From contig CAWGHO010000001.1 in NCBI GenBank assembly GCA_963822445.1, positions 736,001 through 800,000 on the forward strand: DNA of 64,000 bases, read 5' to 3'. Below are positions 49,677 to 57,922 of the stretch, in pieces. Both the position numbers and the translations under genes were made by a program. Below the pieces are notes generated by a model. The model was given only the letters and a program-made list of their open reading frames with translations. It was not told where the DNA came from and ran no database searches. Origin of the DNA: an uncultured Acidobacteriota bacterium. Lineage in GTDB: Bacteria; Acidobacteriota; Thermoanaerobaculia; Gp7-AA8. Position 1 is the first letter of the stretch, and each line of letters starts with the position of its first letter.

Positions 49677-50896
49677 ATGTTGAAAAAGATCTCCTGAATG
49701 TGAACGATGTACTTCAGGTTGAACAGCCACCGCAGAACCATCTTGATCGGCAGCGACATCATGATCAGGAAGAGGAACGCGCCGACGTAGTAACGGGGCG
49801 CGCCCATCTTCAGGTAGAAACGGCGGAACGGGCCTGCGGCCAGCGCCGGGGCGAGGCCGAGGTAGAGCAGGCAGAGGATGATCCCGAAGGCTTCGCGGAT
49901 GATCCAGAGCTTCGGCAGAGGCATGCCCAGCGCCTTGACCCAGATCAACTCCGACAGATCGATGTTGACCAGCGGCTCGAGCTTGTTCGGATCCCAGTAT
50001 TCGAATGGTCCGTAGAAGCTCCAGTTCGGGCCGCGCAGGAACGTGCCGGTGATGATCAGGAACGACCAGAGCACGATGAATCCGTAGAGGAAAACGATCA
50101 GCTCCCACTTCCGTTCCTTGAACGAGTAGTAGCCGTTGCCGCGCGGATTGGTGTCGATATAGGGAATGGCCATGAGGCCGACGACGATCAGGGTCGGCAG
50201 GACGACGCCGGCCAGCCAGGGATCGAAGTAGACCAGCATCTCCTGCAGCCCGAGGAAGTACCAGGGTGCTTTGGCAGGATTCGGCGAGGACGTGGGATTC
50301 GCCGCTTCTTCCAGCGGCGCGCGGAGGCCGACCGACCAGACGATCATCACGATCGTCAGGCCGATCATGCACAGCAGCTCGGTGTAGACCAGATCGGGCC
50401 AGGTGAAGAGCTTCTCGTCCGATTCGGTCTTCTCGAACGGGATGCCGCCGGTCTCCATCTGCTTGTCGTTGTAGTAGGCCTTCTTCAGCGCGATCCAGGT
50501 GAAGATCCCGAGGAGGAAGATCATCGCGCCGATGGGAACGTTGTCGGGCTTGGCGGCGATCAGATAGAAGTTCGGATCGAGCAGCGACGCCGCGAAGGCG
50601 ATCGCGCCGATGATCAGCATCCACTTGCCGACCTTGCCGTCCCACATCCGCGGACCGAGCGTGACGCAGCCCCACAGACAGAGGAAGTACGCCACCGCGA
50701 GATAGAGCAGTGGCGTGATCCAGATGCCGGCGACGAGCAGGACGACGCCGAGGATGATGAAGCCGATGCCGGTCTTCGATTTGATGCGGCCGTCGAGCAG
50801 GTTGAAGTAGACGACGAACGCGAATACCGCCGTCAGCAGGATGAACGAGATCGACGCGACCGACAGGACGTTGATGAAGTTCTTGATGAAGGTCAT
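49643..50896 (-). CDS. Cytochrome b6-type subunit IV (PetD-like) with extra TM helices
   Basis: FTWPDLVYTE, APLEEAANP..PNPAKAPWYFLGLQE (PEWY-equivalent), PYID. Confidence 0.88.
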   Translation of the reverse strand: MTFIKNFINVLSVASISFILLTAVFAFVVYFNLLDGRIKSKTGIGFIILGVVLLVAGIWITPLLYLAVAYFLCLWGCVTLGPRMWDGKVGKWMLIIGAIAFAASLLDPNFYLIAAKPDNVPIGAMIFLLGIFTWIALKKAYYNDKQMETGGIPFEKTESDEKLFTWPDLVYTELLCMIGLTIVMIVWSVGLRAPLEEAANPTSSPNPAKAPWYFLGLQEMLVYFDPWLAGVVLPTLIVVGLMAIPYIDTNPRGNGYYSFKERKWELIVFLYGFIVLWSFLIITGTFLRGPNWSFYGPFEYWDPNKLEPLVNIDLSELIWVKALGMPLPKLWIIREAFGIILCLLYLGLAPALAAGPFRRFYLKMGAPRYYVGAFLFLIMMSLPIKMVLRWLFNLKYIVHIQEIFFNIVISGQWSMVS

Positions 50897-50914
50897 CGGC
50901 GCGTCCTCATCCGC

Positions 50915-51700
50915 CTACAGCGGTCCGGAGATCCCTCCGTCTTTGCGCACGCGCCAGAAGTGAATGGCCATCAGGAATCCCGCGGCCAGCGGGATGACCA
51001 TGCAATGCAGCACGTAGAAGCGGAGCAGCGTTGCGGCCCCGATGGACCGCCCGGCTATGAGCGCAAATCGAGCGTCGTCGCCCGCGTGAATCAGCGGGAC
51101 GTCCCCCAGCTTCATGAGACTCGACATGGGCCCTTCGGTACCGGCGCCCGGGGAGGCGCGGGCCATGTTGGATCCGACCGTGATCGCCCAGATGGCGAGC
51201 TGGTCCCACGGGAGCAGGTATCCCGTGAACGAGAGAAGCAGGGTGAGGACGAGCAGGATGACGCCGACGTTCCAGTTGAACTCGCGGGGCGGCTTGTACG
51301 AGCCGGTCATGAAGACCCGGAACATGTGCAGCCAGACCGCGATGACCATGGCGTGCGCACCCCAGCGGTGCATCTCGCGCATGATCCCGAACGGCGCCTG
51401 CTCGCGCAGGTCCATGATGTCGGTGAAGGCGTATTCGATGGTCGGCCGGTAATAGAACATCAGCAGCAGGCCGGTGACCGTTTCGACGAGGAAGAGGAAG
51501 AACGACGTCCCGCCCATGCACCAGGTGTAGGACATGCGCACGCCGGAGCGCCGCACTTTGACGGGATGCAGGTGCAGGATGAGAGAACCGAGGACGGCCA
51601 GGACCCGCTTGCGGTTGGTGTTGGGGATGCCGACCCGGAAGATCGACTTCCAGATCTGCGAGTTGACGATGCCTTCCTGGACTTGCTTCAGCGTCACCAA
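50915..51700 (-). CDS. petB: Cytochrome b6-like N-terminal cytochrome b subunit
   Basis: WCMGG (heme ci Cys), REMHRW..HMFRVF, FTGYLLPWDQ, FYVLHC..AIHF, GISGPL. Confidence 0.92.
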   Translation of the reverse strand: MVTLKQVQEGIVNSQIWKSIFRVGIPNTNRKRVLAVLGSLILHLHPVKVRRSGVRMSYTWCMGGTSFFLFLVETVTGLLLMFYYRPTIEYAFTDIMDLREQAPFGIMREMHRWGAHAMVIAVWLHMFRVFMTGSYKPPREFNWNVGVILLVLTLLLSFTGYLLPWDQLAIWAITVGSNMARASPGAGTEGPMSSLMKLGDVPLIHAGDDARFALIAGRSIGAATLLRFYVLHCMVIPLAAGFLMAIHFWRVRKDGGISGPL

Positions 51701-51725
51701 AATCCCCCGTCCGCCGCGATTTGCC

Positions 51726-52298
51726 CTAGACCTTCAAAAAAGAATCGGGATTCGTCCACTCTCCGCGCTCGCCGAAGAACTTCACGGACTTGTCGACCAG
51801 GATCTGTCCGTCGGCCGGATCGATCGCGATCTTCACCCGCTCGAGAGGGCGCGGCGCCGGGCCTTCGAAATTCATCCCGGTCCGGTAGTAGCCGCTGCCG
51901 TGGCAGGGGCATTTGAACTTGTTCTGTGAGGGAAGCCAGTTCGGCGTGCAGCCGAGGTGGGTGCAGGTCGTGTCGAGGGCGTACATGATCCCCTCGCTGC
52001 GCACGATCCAGATGCCGAACCGCTCTTTCCAGCGCTCGTCCACTTCGCCGGCCGAGTAGTCGCTGGGGAAGCCGGCCTTGAACTTCTGCACCGGCTCGAA
52101 GAGGACGTTGGGGAAAAGGAACCGGACCATCATGCTGGTCAGCCCCCCCACCGCGGCTGCCAGGGCCACCCAGGCGGTGGTCAGGGCGAAGGGAAATTTG
52201 CGCCGGGTGATCTCCCCCTGTTCGCGGATCTCCGCCGCCGCGCTCCCTGCGAGCGGGGTCTTCGGATTCACTTGATATGGCGTGATTTGCTCAGACAT
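51726..52298 (-). CDS. Rieske [2Fe-2S] subunit
   Basis: Tat-like TRRKF plus TM, CTHLGC, CPCHGSGY, GPAPRPL. Confidence 0.94.
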   Translation of the reverse strand: MSEQITPYQVNPKTPLAGSAAAEIREQGEITRRKFPFALTTAWVALAAAVGGLTSMMVRFLFPNVLFEPVQKFKAGFPSDYSAGEVDERWKERFGIWIVRSEGIMYALDTTCTHLGCTPNWLPSQNKFKCPCHGSGYYRTGMNFEGPAPRPLERVKIAIDPADGQILVDKSVKFFGERGEWTNPDSFLKV

Positions 52299-52332
52299 TC
52301 GGAGAACAATTTCTGAGACGCGGTGCGGCGGT

Positions 52333-52361
52333 ACTATCGGTGAAAACGGAAAGGGTGTCAA
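52333..52361 (-). promoter_or_regulatory. Putative sigma70 promoter of the respiratory operon
   Basis: Minus strand TTGACA-N17-GATAGT, ~35 nt upstream of the Rieske start. Confidence 0.5.
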
Positions 52362-52405
52362 CGGCTGATTTCTTGCTGTGCACTGAAGTCGAAAGGGCAA
52401 CGTAA

Positions 52406-52720
52406 ATGAAATACACAGCGACTCTTGCGGCCACACTCGTCCTGCTCCTCGGCGCCTGTTCCGAGAAGTCAGAAACCCACACAACCGCCGATGACACGAC
52501 CACCGTCTCGACCAGCACGGTCTCGTCCGAGACGGTGTCCGTCGACACCGCCGCGGTCGGCACCGCCGTAGATGCGGCCGGAGACGCGGCAAGAGATGCC
52601 GCGCACGCCACCGGAACGGCCATGGAGACGGCCGGCAAGGAAATCCAGAAGGAAGCGAAGGAATCGAAGGCCGAGGACAAGGCCGAGGACGCGAAGGAAA
52701 AGAAACCGCCGACGCAGTAG
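52406..52720 (+). CDS. Small low-complexity lipoprotein
   Basis: Lipobox LGAC, Thr/Ala/Lys/Glu-rich. Confidence 0.75.
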   Translation: MKYTATLAATLVLLLGACSEKSETHTTADDTTTVSTSTVSSETVSVDTAAVGTAVDAAGDAARDAAHATGTAMETAGKEIQKEAKESKAEDKAEDAKEKKPPTQ

Positions 52721-52724
52721 CGGC

Positions 52725-53576
52725 TTAACGCGCCGTGCTCAACGCTTCTTTGGCCGCGGAGCGCACCTGCAGCGACAGGTCGCTCTGCGCGAGGGGCGTG
52801 AGCACGGCCCTCGCCTCTCCCGGCGCGAGCTTCATCAGCGCCGGAATGCCCGCCAGCATGACCGCTTCTTTCTGATCGGGGCGCATGCCTTCGATCCGAT
52901 CGAGGCGCGAGCGGTCGAGCATCTCCCGCACCACGCCGATGGCCCGGGTGTCGCCGAAACGGGCCATGGCCACGGCGGCATTGAACCGCACATCCGCGGT
53001 CTGATCGCTCAGAGCGGCGGCCAGCGCCGGAACCGCGCGGGCATCGCCCATCTCACCCAGCGCGTACGCCGCGGCCTTGCGGACGTCGCGCTCATCGGCC
53101 TGGAGCGCCTTCAGGAGAGGCGGCAACGCCGCCGGGTCGCGCAGACGGCCGAGTGCCAGGATGGCGTAGATCTGCGTCTCCACGTCCCTGTCGCCGAGCG
53201 CCTCGACGAGCAGGGGCGTGGCCCGGCGATCCCCGAGATTGCCGAGGACCATGGAGAGATACCTCCGCACCCGCGGATCGTCATCCTTCGACGCCCGATA
53301 CACGGCGGCGACGTTGTTCACCAGATCGGGATGCTTCTTCGCCTCACCGGCATTGATCAACTGCGAAAGCTGATACGCCGCCTGCCACCGCTCCCGCTGC
53401 CCGCCGTAACGGACTTCGTTCAGATACTCGGGAATGGTCTGCTCGTCAGCGGCCAGACGTCCGAAGAGGAAGAAGATCCCCACCGCCACGGCGACGATGC
53501 CGAGGGGGAAGAAGACGAACTGGAAGAGGATCGTTTTCGGGGATTCTTTGGGGATGTCGGACGAGGAATCGGTCAT
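52725..53576 (-). CDS. Membrane-anchored HEAT (PBS-lyase-like) repeat protein
   Basis: N-terminal TM; repeats such as VRKAAAYALGEMGDARAVPAL. Confidence 0.85.
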   Translation of the reverse strand: MTDSSSDIPKESPKTILFQFVFFPLGIVAVAVGIFFLFGRLAADEQTIPEYLNEVRYGGQRERWQAAYQLSQLINAGEAKKHPDLVNNVAAVYRASKDDDPRVRRYLSMVLGNLGDRRATPLLVEALGDRDVETQIYAILALGRLRDPAALPPLLKALQADERDVRKAAAYALGEMGDARAVPALAAALSDQTADVRFNAAVAMARFGDTRAIGVVREMLDRSRLDRIEGMRPDQKEAVMLAGIPALMKLAPGEARAVLTPLAQSDLSLQVRSAAKEALSTAR

Positions 53577-53583
53577 TCAGAAA

Positions 53584-54057
53584 TCAGCGGCCCGTCCCCA
53601 TCACCACGAAGTCCGGGAGATAGGTCTTGAGCTGGGTGGGGGCGTCGGGGACGACGATCGCGTCCTTGTCGCAGACGCTCTCGCAGAGGCGGCAGGCAAC
53701 GCACTTGTTCTTGTCGACGAAGGCGATCTTGTAGTGATTGGCGAGCGTCTCGTCGTTCGGCTCGATCATCTTGATGCACTCGAACGGGCAGATGTCGACG
53801 CAGAACTCGCACCCCGTGCAGAGGTCCTTGATCACCTCGGCCTTGGGGATGTCCTTCGGCTTGATGCGATTGATGATCTCGCCATGCTGGTTCTGGATGG
53901 CGTCCACCGGGCAGTAAATGCCGCAGACCGAGCAGTCGATGCAGCGCTCGGGGTGGATGTAGTACTGCCCTTTGCTCTCACCCCAGATCGTGTTGGTCGG
54001 GCACTTGATCTCGCAGACCGTGCAGCCGATGCATTTGTCGGTGATGAAGTGGGGCAT
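53584..54057 (-). CDS. Polyferredoxin with four [4Fe-4S] motifs
   Basis: CIGCTVCEIKCP, CIDCSVCGIYCP, CTGCEFCVDICP, CVACRLCESVC. Confidence 0.9.
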   Translation of the reverse strand: MPHFITDKCIGCTVCEIKCPTNTIWGESKGQYYIHPERCIDCSVCGIYCPVDAIQNQHGEIINRIKPKDIPKAEVIKDLCTGCEFCVDICPFECIKMIEPNDETLANHYKIAFVDKNKCVACRLCESVCDKDAIVVPDAPTQLKTYLPDFVVMGTGR

Positions 54058-54072
54058 GTTGGCGGGAACAGT

Positions 54073-54456
54073 CTACACGCTGAGCAATTCCGAGATGGTC
54101 TTGATCAGGTGCGACGACTGGATGGGTTTGCTGATGTAGGCGTTGGCGCCGAGGGCCAGGCCGCGCTCGCGGTCCTCCTCGGCTCCTTCCGTGGTGATGA
54201 TGATGATGGGGATGTTCTTGAGCTGCGCGTTCTGGCGGACCAGCGAGACCAGCTTGAGGCCGTCCATCACCGGCATGTTGATGTCGGTGAGGATCAGATC
54301 GATCTTGTCGGGGCCGGACAGCTTCTTGAGCGCGTCCACGCCGTCGACCGCCTCGATGATCTTCGCGTTCTTGAATCGCTTGAGCGAAAACGAGATCAAC
54401 TGACGCATGGTCGGCGAGTCTTCGACGACCAGAAAGTTGGCGTTTTCCATCCCCAC
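54073..54456 (-). CDS. cheY: CheY-like single-domain response regulator
   Basis: VVEDS, LTDINMPVMDG, IITTE, YISKP; in che cluster. Confidence 0.85.
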   Translation of the reverse strand: MGMENANFLVVEDSPTMRQLISFSLKRFKNAKIIEAVDGVDALKKLSGPDKIDLILTDINMPVMDGLKLVSLVRQNAQLKNIPIIIITTEGAEEDRERGLALGANAYISKPIQSSHLIKTISELLSV

Positions 54457-54477
54457 TTCGTCAGTACCTCTCTCTTC

Positions 54478-55287
54478 TTAGCTCGTGGTGGTCAGCAGGT
54501 CGAGGAAGCTCTGGATCGTATTCAGCTTCCGCTCGGACTGTGAATAGAGTTTCGACGAGAAGATCGCCGTGGCCGCGTGCGCCGCGAGCAAGGAGAACAG
54601 CTCGTAGTCGACCGCGGAGAAGGCGTCCTTCTGCTGCAGGAGCTTGTAGATCACGATGAGGCCGATCACATGCTCCTTGATCTTGAGGGGCACCGCGGCG
54701 AGCGGCTTCTCGAGGGTGATCCCGCCGCCGTCGACATCCTGGTTGATGTAGTAGCTCTCGCCGGTCTTGGCGACCGTCCCGAGAATGCCTTCGCCCAGCC
54801 GCGCCGACATCTGGTCGACGCCGGGCATCATGTCCTCGCCTTCCGAGGCGATGGCCTTGAGCTCGTTGGTCTTCTCGTCGAGGAGCAGGATCGCGAACGT
54901 CTCCGCGCCGACGAGATTGATGACGATCTCCTGCACGATCTGGATGACTTCCCGGAAGTCGAGCGTGGAGTGGAGCTGGTAGCTGGCCACGTAGAGGTTG
55001 GCCAGGTTGTTGTTCTGCTCTTCGATCTCGATGTAGCGGTTCGCGAAGTCCTTGTTCTCTTCCTCGACCTCGCGGAAACGCTGCTGGATGCGGCGGTTCT
55101 CCTCGGCTAGATGGGAGATCTGTTCGCGGAGCCGCGCTAATTCGTCGTTCGAGACGTTGCTCTGCTCGGTCTCGAGCGAGGCCAGGCGGTAACGGAGCTT
55201 CTGGTTCTCGCGAAGGAGCTCTTCGGTGAACTCCTTCCCCTTGTTGAACAGCTCCAGAAACTTTTCAGCTTTCTGTTCTTCACTCAT
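54478..55287 (-). CDS. Coiled-coil plus GAF domain protein
   Basis: Start MSEEQK; Glu-rich coiled coil; LHSTLDF, GEGILGTVA, AVPLK, DYELFSLLAAHAATA. Confidence 0.85.
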   Translation of the reverse strand: MSEEQKAEKFLELFNKGKEFTEELLRENQKLRYRLASLETEQSNVSNDELARLREQISHLAEENRRIQQRFREVEEENKDFANRYIEIEEQNNNLANLYVASYQLHSTLDFREVIQIVQEIVINLVGAETFAILLLDEKTNELKAIASEGEDMMPGVDQMSARLGEGILGTVAKTGESYYINQDVDGGGITLEKPLAAVPLKIKEHVIGLIVIYKLLQQKDAFSAVDYELFSLLAAHAATAIFSSKLYSQSERKLNTIQSFLDLLTTTS

Positions 55288-55345
55288 GTTGGATCGGACC
55301 CGCGAGACGGCTGAATGTAGCACACGTCGCGAGGCAGGCAAGCAC

Positions 55346-56407
55346 TCAACCCGTGCACAATTTTCGGATGGCATCGGGAATCGCGGACAGGGCGAGCACT
55401 TCATCCACCGCCCCGGTCTTGATCGCCTCGGCCGGCATCCCGAAAATGATGGCGCTTTCCGACGACTCGGCGATGGTCTTGCCGCCGCGTTCATGTACGT
55501 CCCGGATCGCCTCCGAGCCGTCGTCGCCCATCCCGGTCATGATCACCGCGACCAGCTTGTCGTTGCAGGCTTCGGCGGCGCTGCGCAGCAGACGATCGAC
55601 GGACGGCGCGTAAAGGTCGCTGAGTCCGGCCGGGAACACGCGAACCTGCAACCCTTCCGGAATCCGCCGGACCTCGGTCTGCGATCCGCCCGGCGCGATG
55701 TAGACCGTGCCCGGGACGATGAACTCCCCGTCGCTCGCTTCCTTCACCTCGTACGCCGAGAGCTTGTTCACCCGCTCGGCGAACAGCCGGGTGAACGTCG
55801 GCGGCATGTGCTGGGCGACGACGAACGGAACCGGGAGCAGCGGCAGCGACTGGAAGACGTGCTGCAGCGCAGGCGGCCCGCCTGTCGAGCATCCGATCGC
55901 GACCAGCTCGATGTTTTTCGGGCAGGACTCGGGAACCTCACCGCCCTTCGGCTTGAGATCGTCGTCGCTGGCGTAGCGCGGGGTGAGGCGGCGGAGGTTC
56001 TCCATCCGCAGCTCGGTGACCTGAAAGATCTTGGCGACCAGATCGCGCTGAATCTCCTCGAGGCGCGGCGAGACGCGGCCACCGGGCTTGGCGATGAAGT
56101 CGACCGCGCCGAGCTCGAGGGCCTTGAACACGCTGCGGTCGCTGGAGCGCGAGGAGACAGCGATGACTGCCGTGGGCAGGTTCACCATCAGCCAGCGCAG
56201 AAAGGCGAAGCCGTCCATGATCGGCATCTCGAGGTCGAGCGTGATCACGTCCGGCCGGTGCTTCATGGCCTGCTTGATCCCGTCCTCGCCGTTCACGGCC
56301 GTGCCCACGACCTTGATCCGCGGCTCGGCTTCGAGCATACGGGTGATCGTCACGCGGTTGTACGCGGAGTCATCGATCACGAGCGCGCGGATGGGAAGGG
56401 ACGACAC
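55346..56407 (-). CDS. cheB: Chemotaxis response regulator methylesterase
   Basis: REC domain plus GCSTGGP, QHMP, PSVD, MTGMGDDG. Confidence 0.95.
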   Translation of the reverse strand: MSSLPIRALVIDDSAYNRVTITRMLEAEPRIKVVGTAVNGEDGIKQAMKHRPDVITLDLEMPIMDGFAFLRWLMVNLPTAVIAVSSRSSDRSVFKALELGAVDFIAKPGGRVSPRLEEIQRDLVAKIFQVTELRMENLRRLTPRYASDDDLKPKGGEVPESCPKNIELVAIGCSTGGPPALQHVFQSLPLLPVPFVVAQHMPPTFTRLFAERVNKLSAYEVKEASDGEFIVPGTVYIAPGGSQTEVRRIPEGLQVRVFPAGLSDLYAPSVDRLLRSAAEACNDKLVAVIMTGMGDDGSEAIRDVHERGGKTIAESSESAIIFGMPAEAIKTGAVDEVLALSAIPDAIRKLCTG

Positions 56408-56416
56408 GCGCGAATT

Positions 56417-57823
56417 CTATGTCGAGGGATCGAAACCCAAGGCACTCAACATCCCGCTGATGCCGGCCTTATCGACTGCCTTCATGTATGCCTCGCGCGG
56501 CTCGATCACCTTCCGCCGCACGAGGTCGGTCAGGCTGTCGTTCATCATGCCCATGCCCTGCTTCCGCGACGTCTGCATGATCGACGGAATCTGAAAGATC
56601 TTCGCTTCGCGAATGAGGTTCGCGATCGGCTGGGTTCCCATCATGACCTCGAGCGCCGGCACGCGCCCGCCGCCGATCTTCTTGCAGAGCACCTGGCTGA
56701 TCACGCCCTTGAGACTGGAAGCGAGCATGACCCGGATCTGCTCCTGACGGTCGGCCGGAAACTGATCGATGATCCGATCGACTGTCGATGCCGCCGACGA
56801 GGTGTGCAGCGTGCCGAACACGAGATGTCCGGTTTCCGCGGTCTCCAGCGCGATCGACACGGTCTCCAGGTCGCGCATCTCACCGACCAGGACGACGTCC
56901 GGATCTTCGCGCAAGGCCGCGCGCAGCGCGTCTTTGAACGAGTCGGTGTGCTCGCCGACCTGACGCTGGTTGACCAGACATTTCTTGTTCTCGTGCACGA
57001 ACTCGATCGGGTCCTCGATGGTGATGACGTGATCGTTGCGGTGCCGGTTGATGTAGTCGACGAGCGCGGTCAGCGTCGTCGACTTGCCGGAACCGGTCGG
57101 CCCCGTCACCAGCACGAGACCTTTGGAGAGATTGCAGAGATCGAGGATCTCCTTCGAAAGCCCCATCTCCTCGGCGGTCATGATCCGGCTCGGAATCACG
57201 CGAAAGACCGCGCCCATGCCCTTCCGGTCCATGAAGAAATTGCAGCGGAAGCGCGCCAGACCCTCGATCTCGTAAGCGAAGTCGGTGTCGTTGCGGCGGC
57301 GGAACTCCTCGCGATTCCGTTCCGGCGTGATGGGCCAGAGGATGCGCTCCACATCCGCGGCGGTCAACTGGTTCCGGCCGGGCATGACCTTCATCTCGCC
57401 GTCGTGGCGCACCATCGGCACGGAGGCGGAGGACATGTGCAGATCGGAGGCGTTGATCTCGACCATCTGCCTGAAGAGCGAGTCCATCTCCGCGGTCGGA
57501 GATCGTTCCTCGGTGACCAGCGCGAGTCGCGGCGCGGAGTCATCGAAGTAAAACGACGCCGTCCCGGTCTCGGCAACCACGCGAATGCGGCCAAGGTCGC
57601 GGTGGCGCACGGTCCACTCGGCATGGCCCTTCGCAAGCGCGTCGCGCTGTGCCGGCGGTACCACCGGCGCGATGACGCTCTGAATCTGCTCGGCGGTCAC
57701 CTGCGGGCCGTCGAGCTCATGCTTTCCGTCGGAGGTAACGATGGTGATGCGGCGGGCCGGCGCAAGATGCATTTCGCGGCCCCCCGCGTCGGCTGCTTTG
57801 CGGAGGAGGTTTTCGAGTGACAT
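56417..57823 (-). CDS. pilT: Type IV pilus retraction ATPase PilT with an extra N-terminal domain
   Basis: SDLH, GPTGSGKST, TIEDPIE, LREDPD, GEMRD, TGHLVFGTLH, PIANLIRE. Confidence 0.92.
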   Translation of the reverse strand: MSLENLLRKAADAGGREMHLAPARRITIVTSDGKHELDGPQVTAEQIQSVIAPVVPPAQRDALAKGHAEWTVRHRDLGRIRVVAETGTASFYFDDSAPRLALVTEERSPTAEMDSLFRQMVEINASDLHMSSASVPMVRHDGEMKVMPGRNQLTAADVERILWPITPERNREEFRRRNDTDFAYEIEGLARFRCNFFMDRKGMGAVFRVIPSRIMTAEEMGLSKEILDLCNLSKGLVLVTGPTGSGKSTTLTALVDYINRHRNDHVITIEDPIEFVHENKKCLVNQRQVGEHTDSFKDALRAALREDPDVVLVGEMRDLETVSIALETAETGHLVFGTLHTSSAASTVDRIIDQFPADRQEQIRVMLASSLKGVISQVLCKKIGGGRVPALEVMMGTQPIANLIREAKIFQIPSIMQTSRKQGMGMMNDSLTDLVRRKVIEPREAYMKAVDKAGISGMLSALGFDPST

Positions 57824-57922
57824 GTCCTCCTGCCTAAGCGCAAGCCTGGCACCAGCGTTCTGCTCTCGTGGAAGGCCCGCGAGGCCCGTGTCGAAATCGG
57901 AAAGCGTCCAGTTTCGATACGG

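Noticed and set aside
57846-57866. Sigma54 promoter (TGGCAC)
   Set aside because: No TTGC at the correct spacing and it points away from pilT
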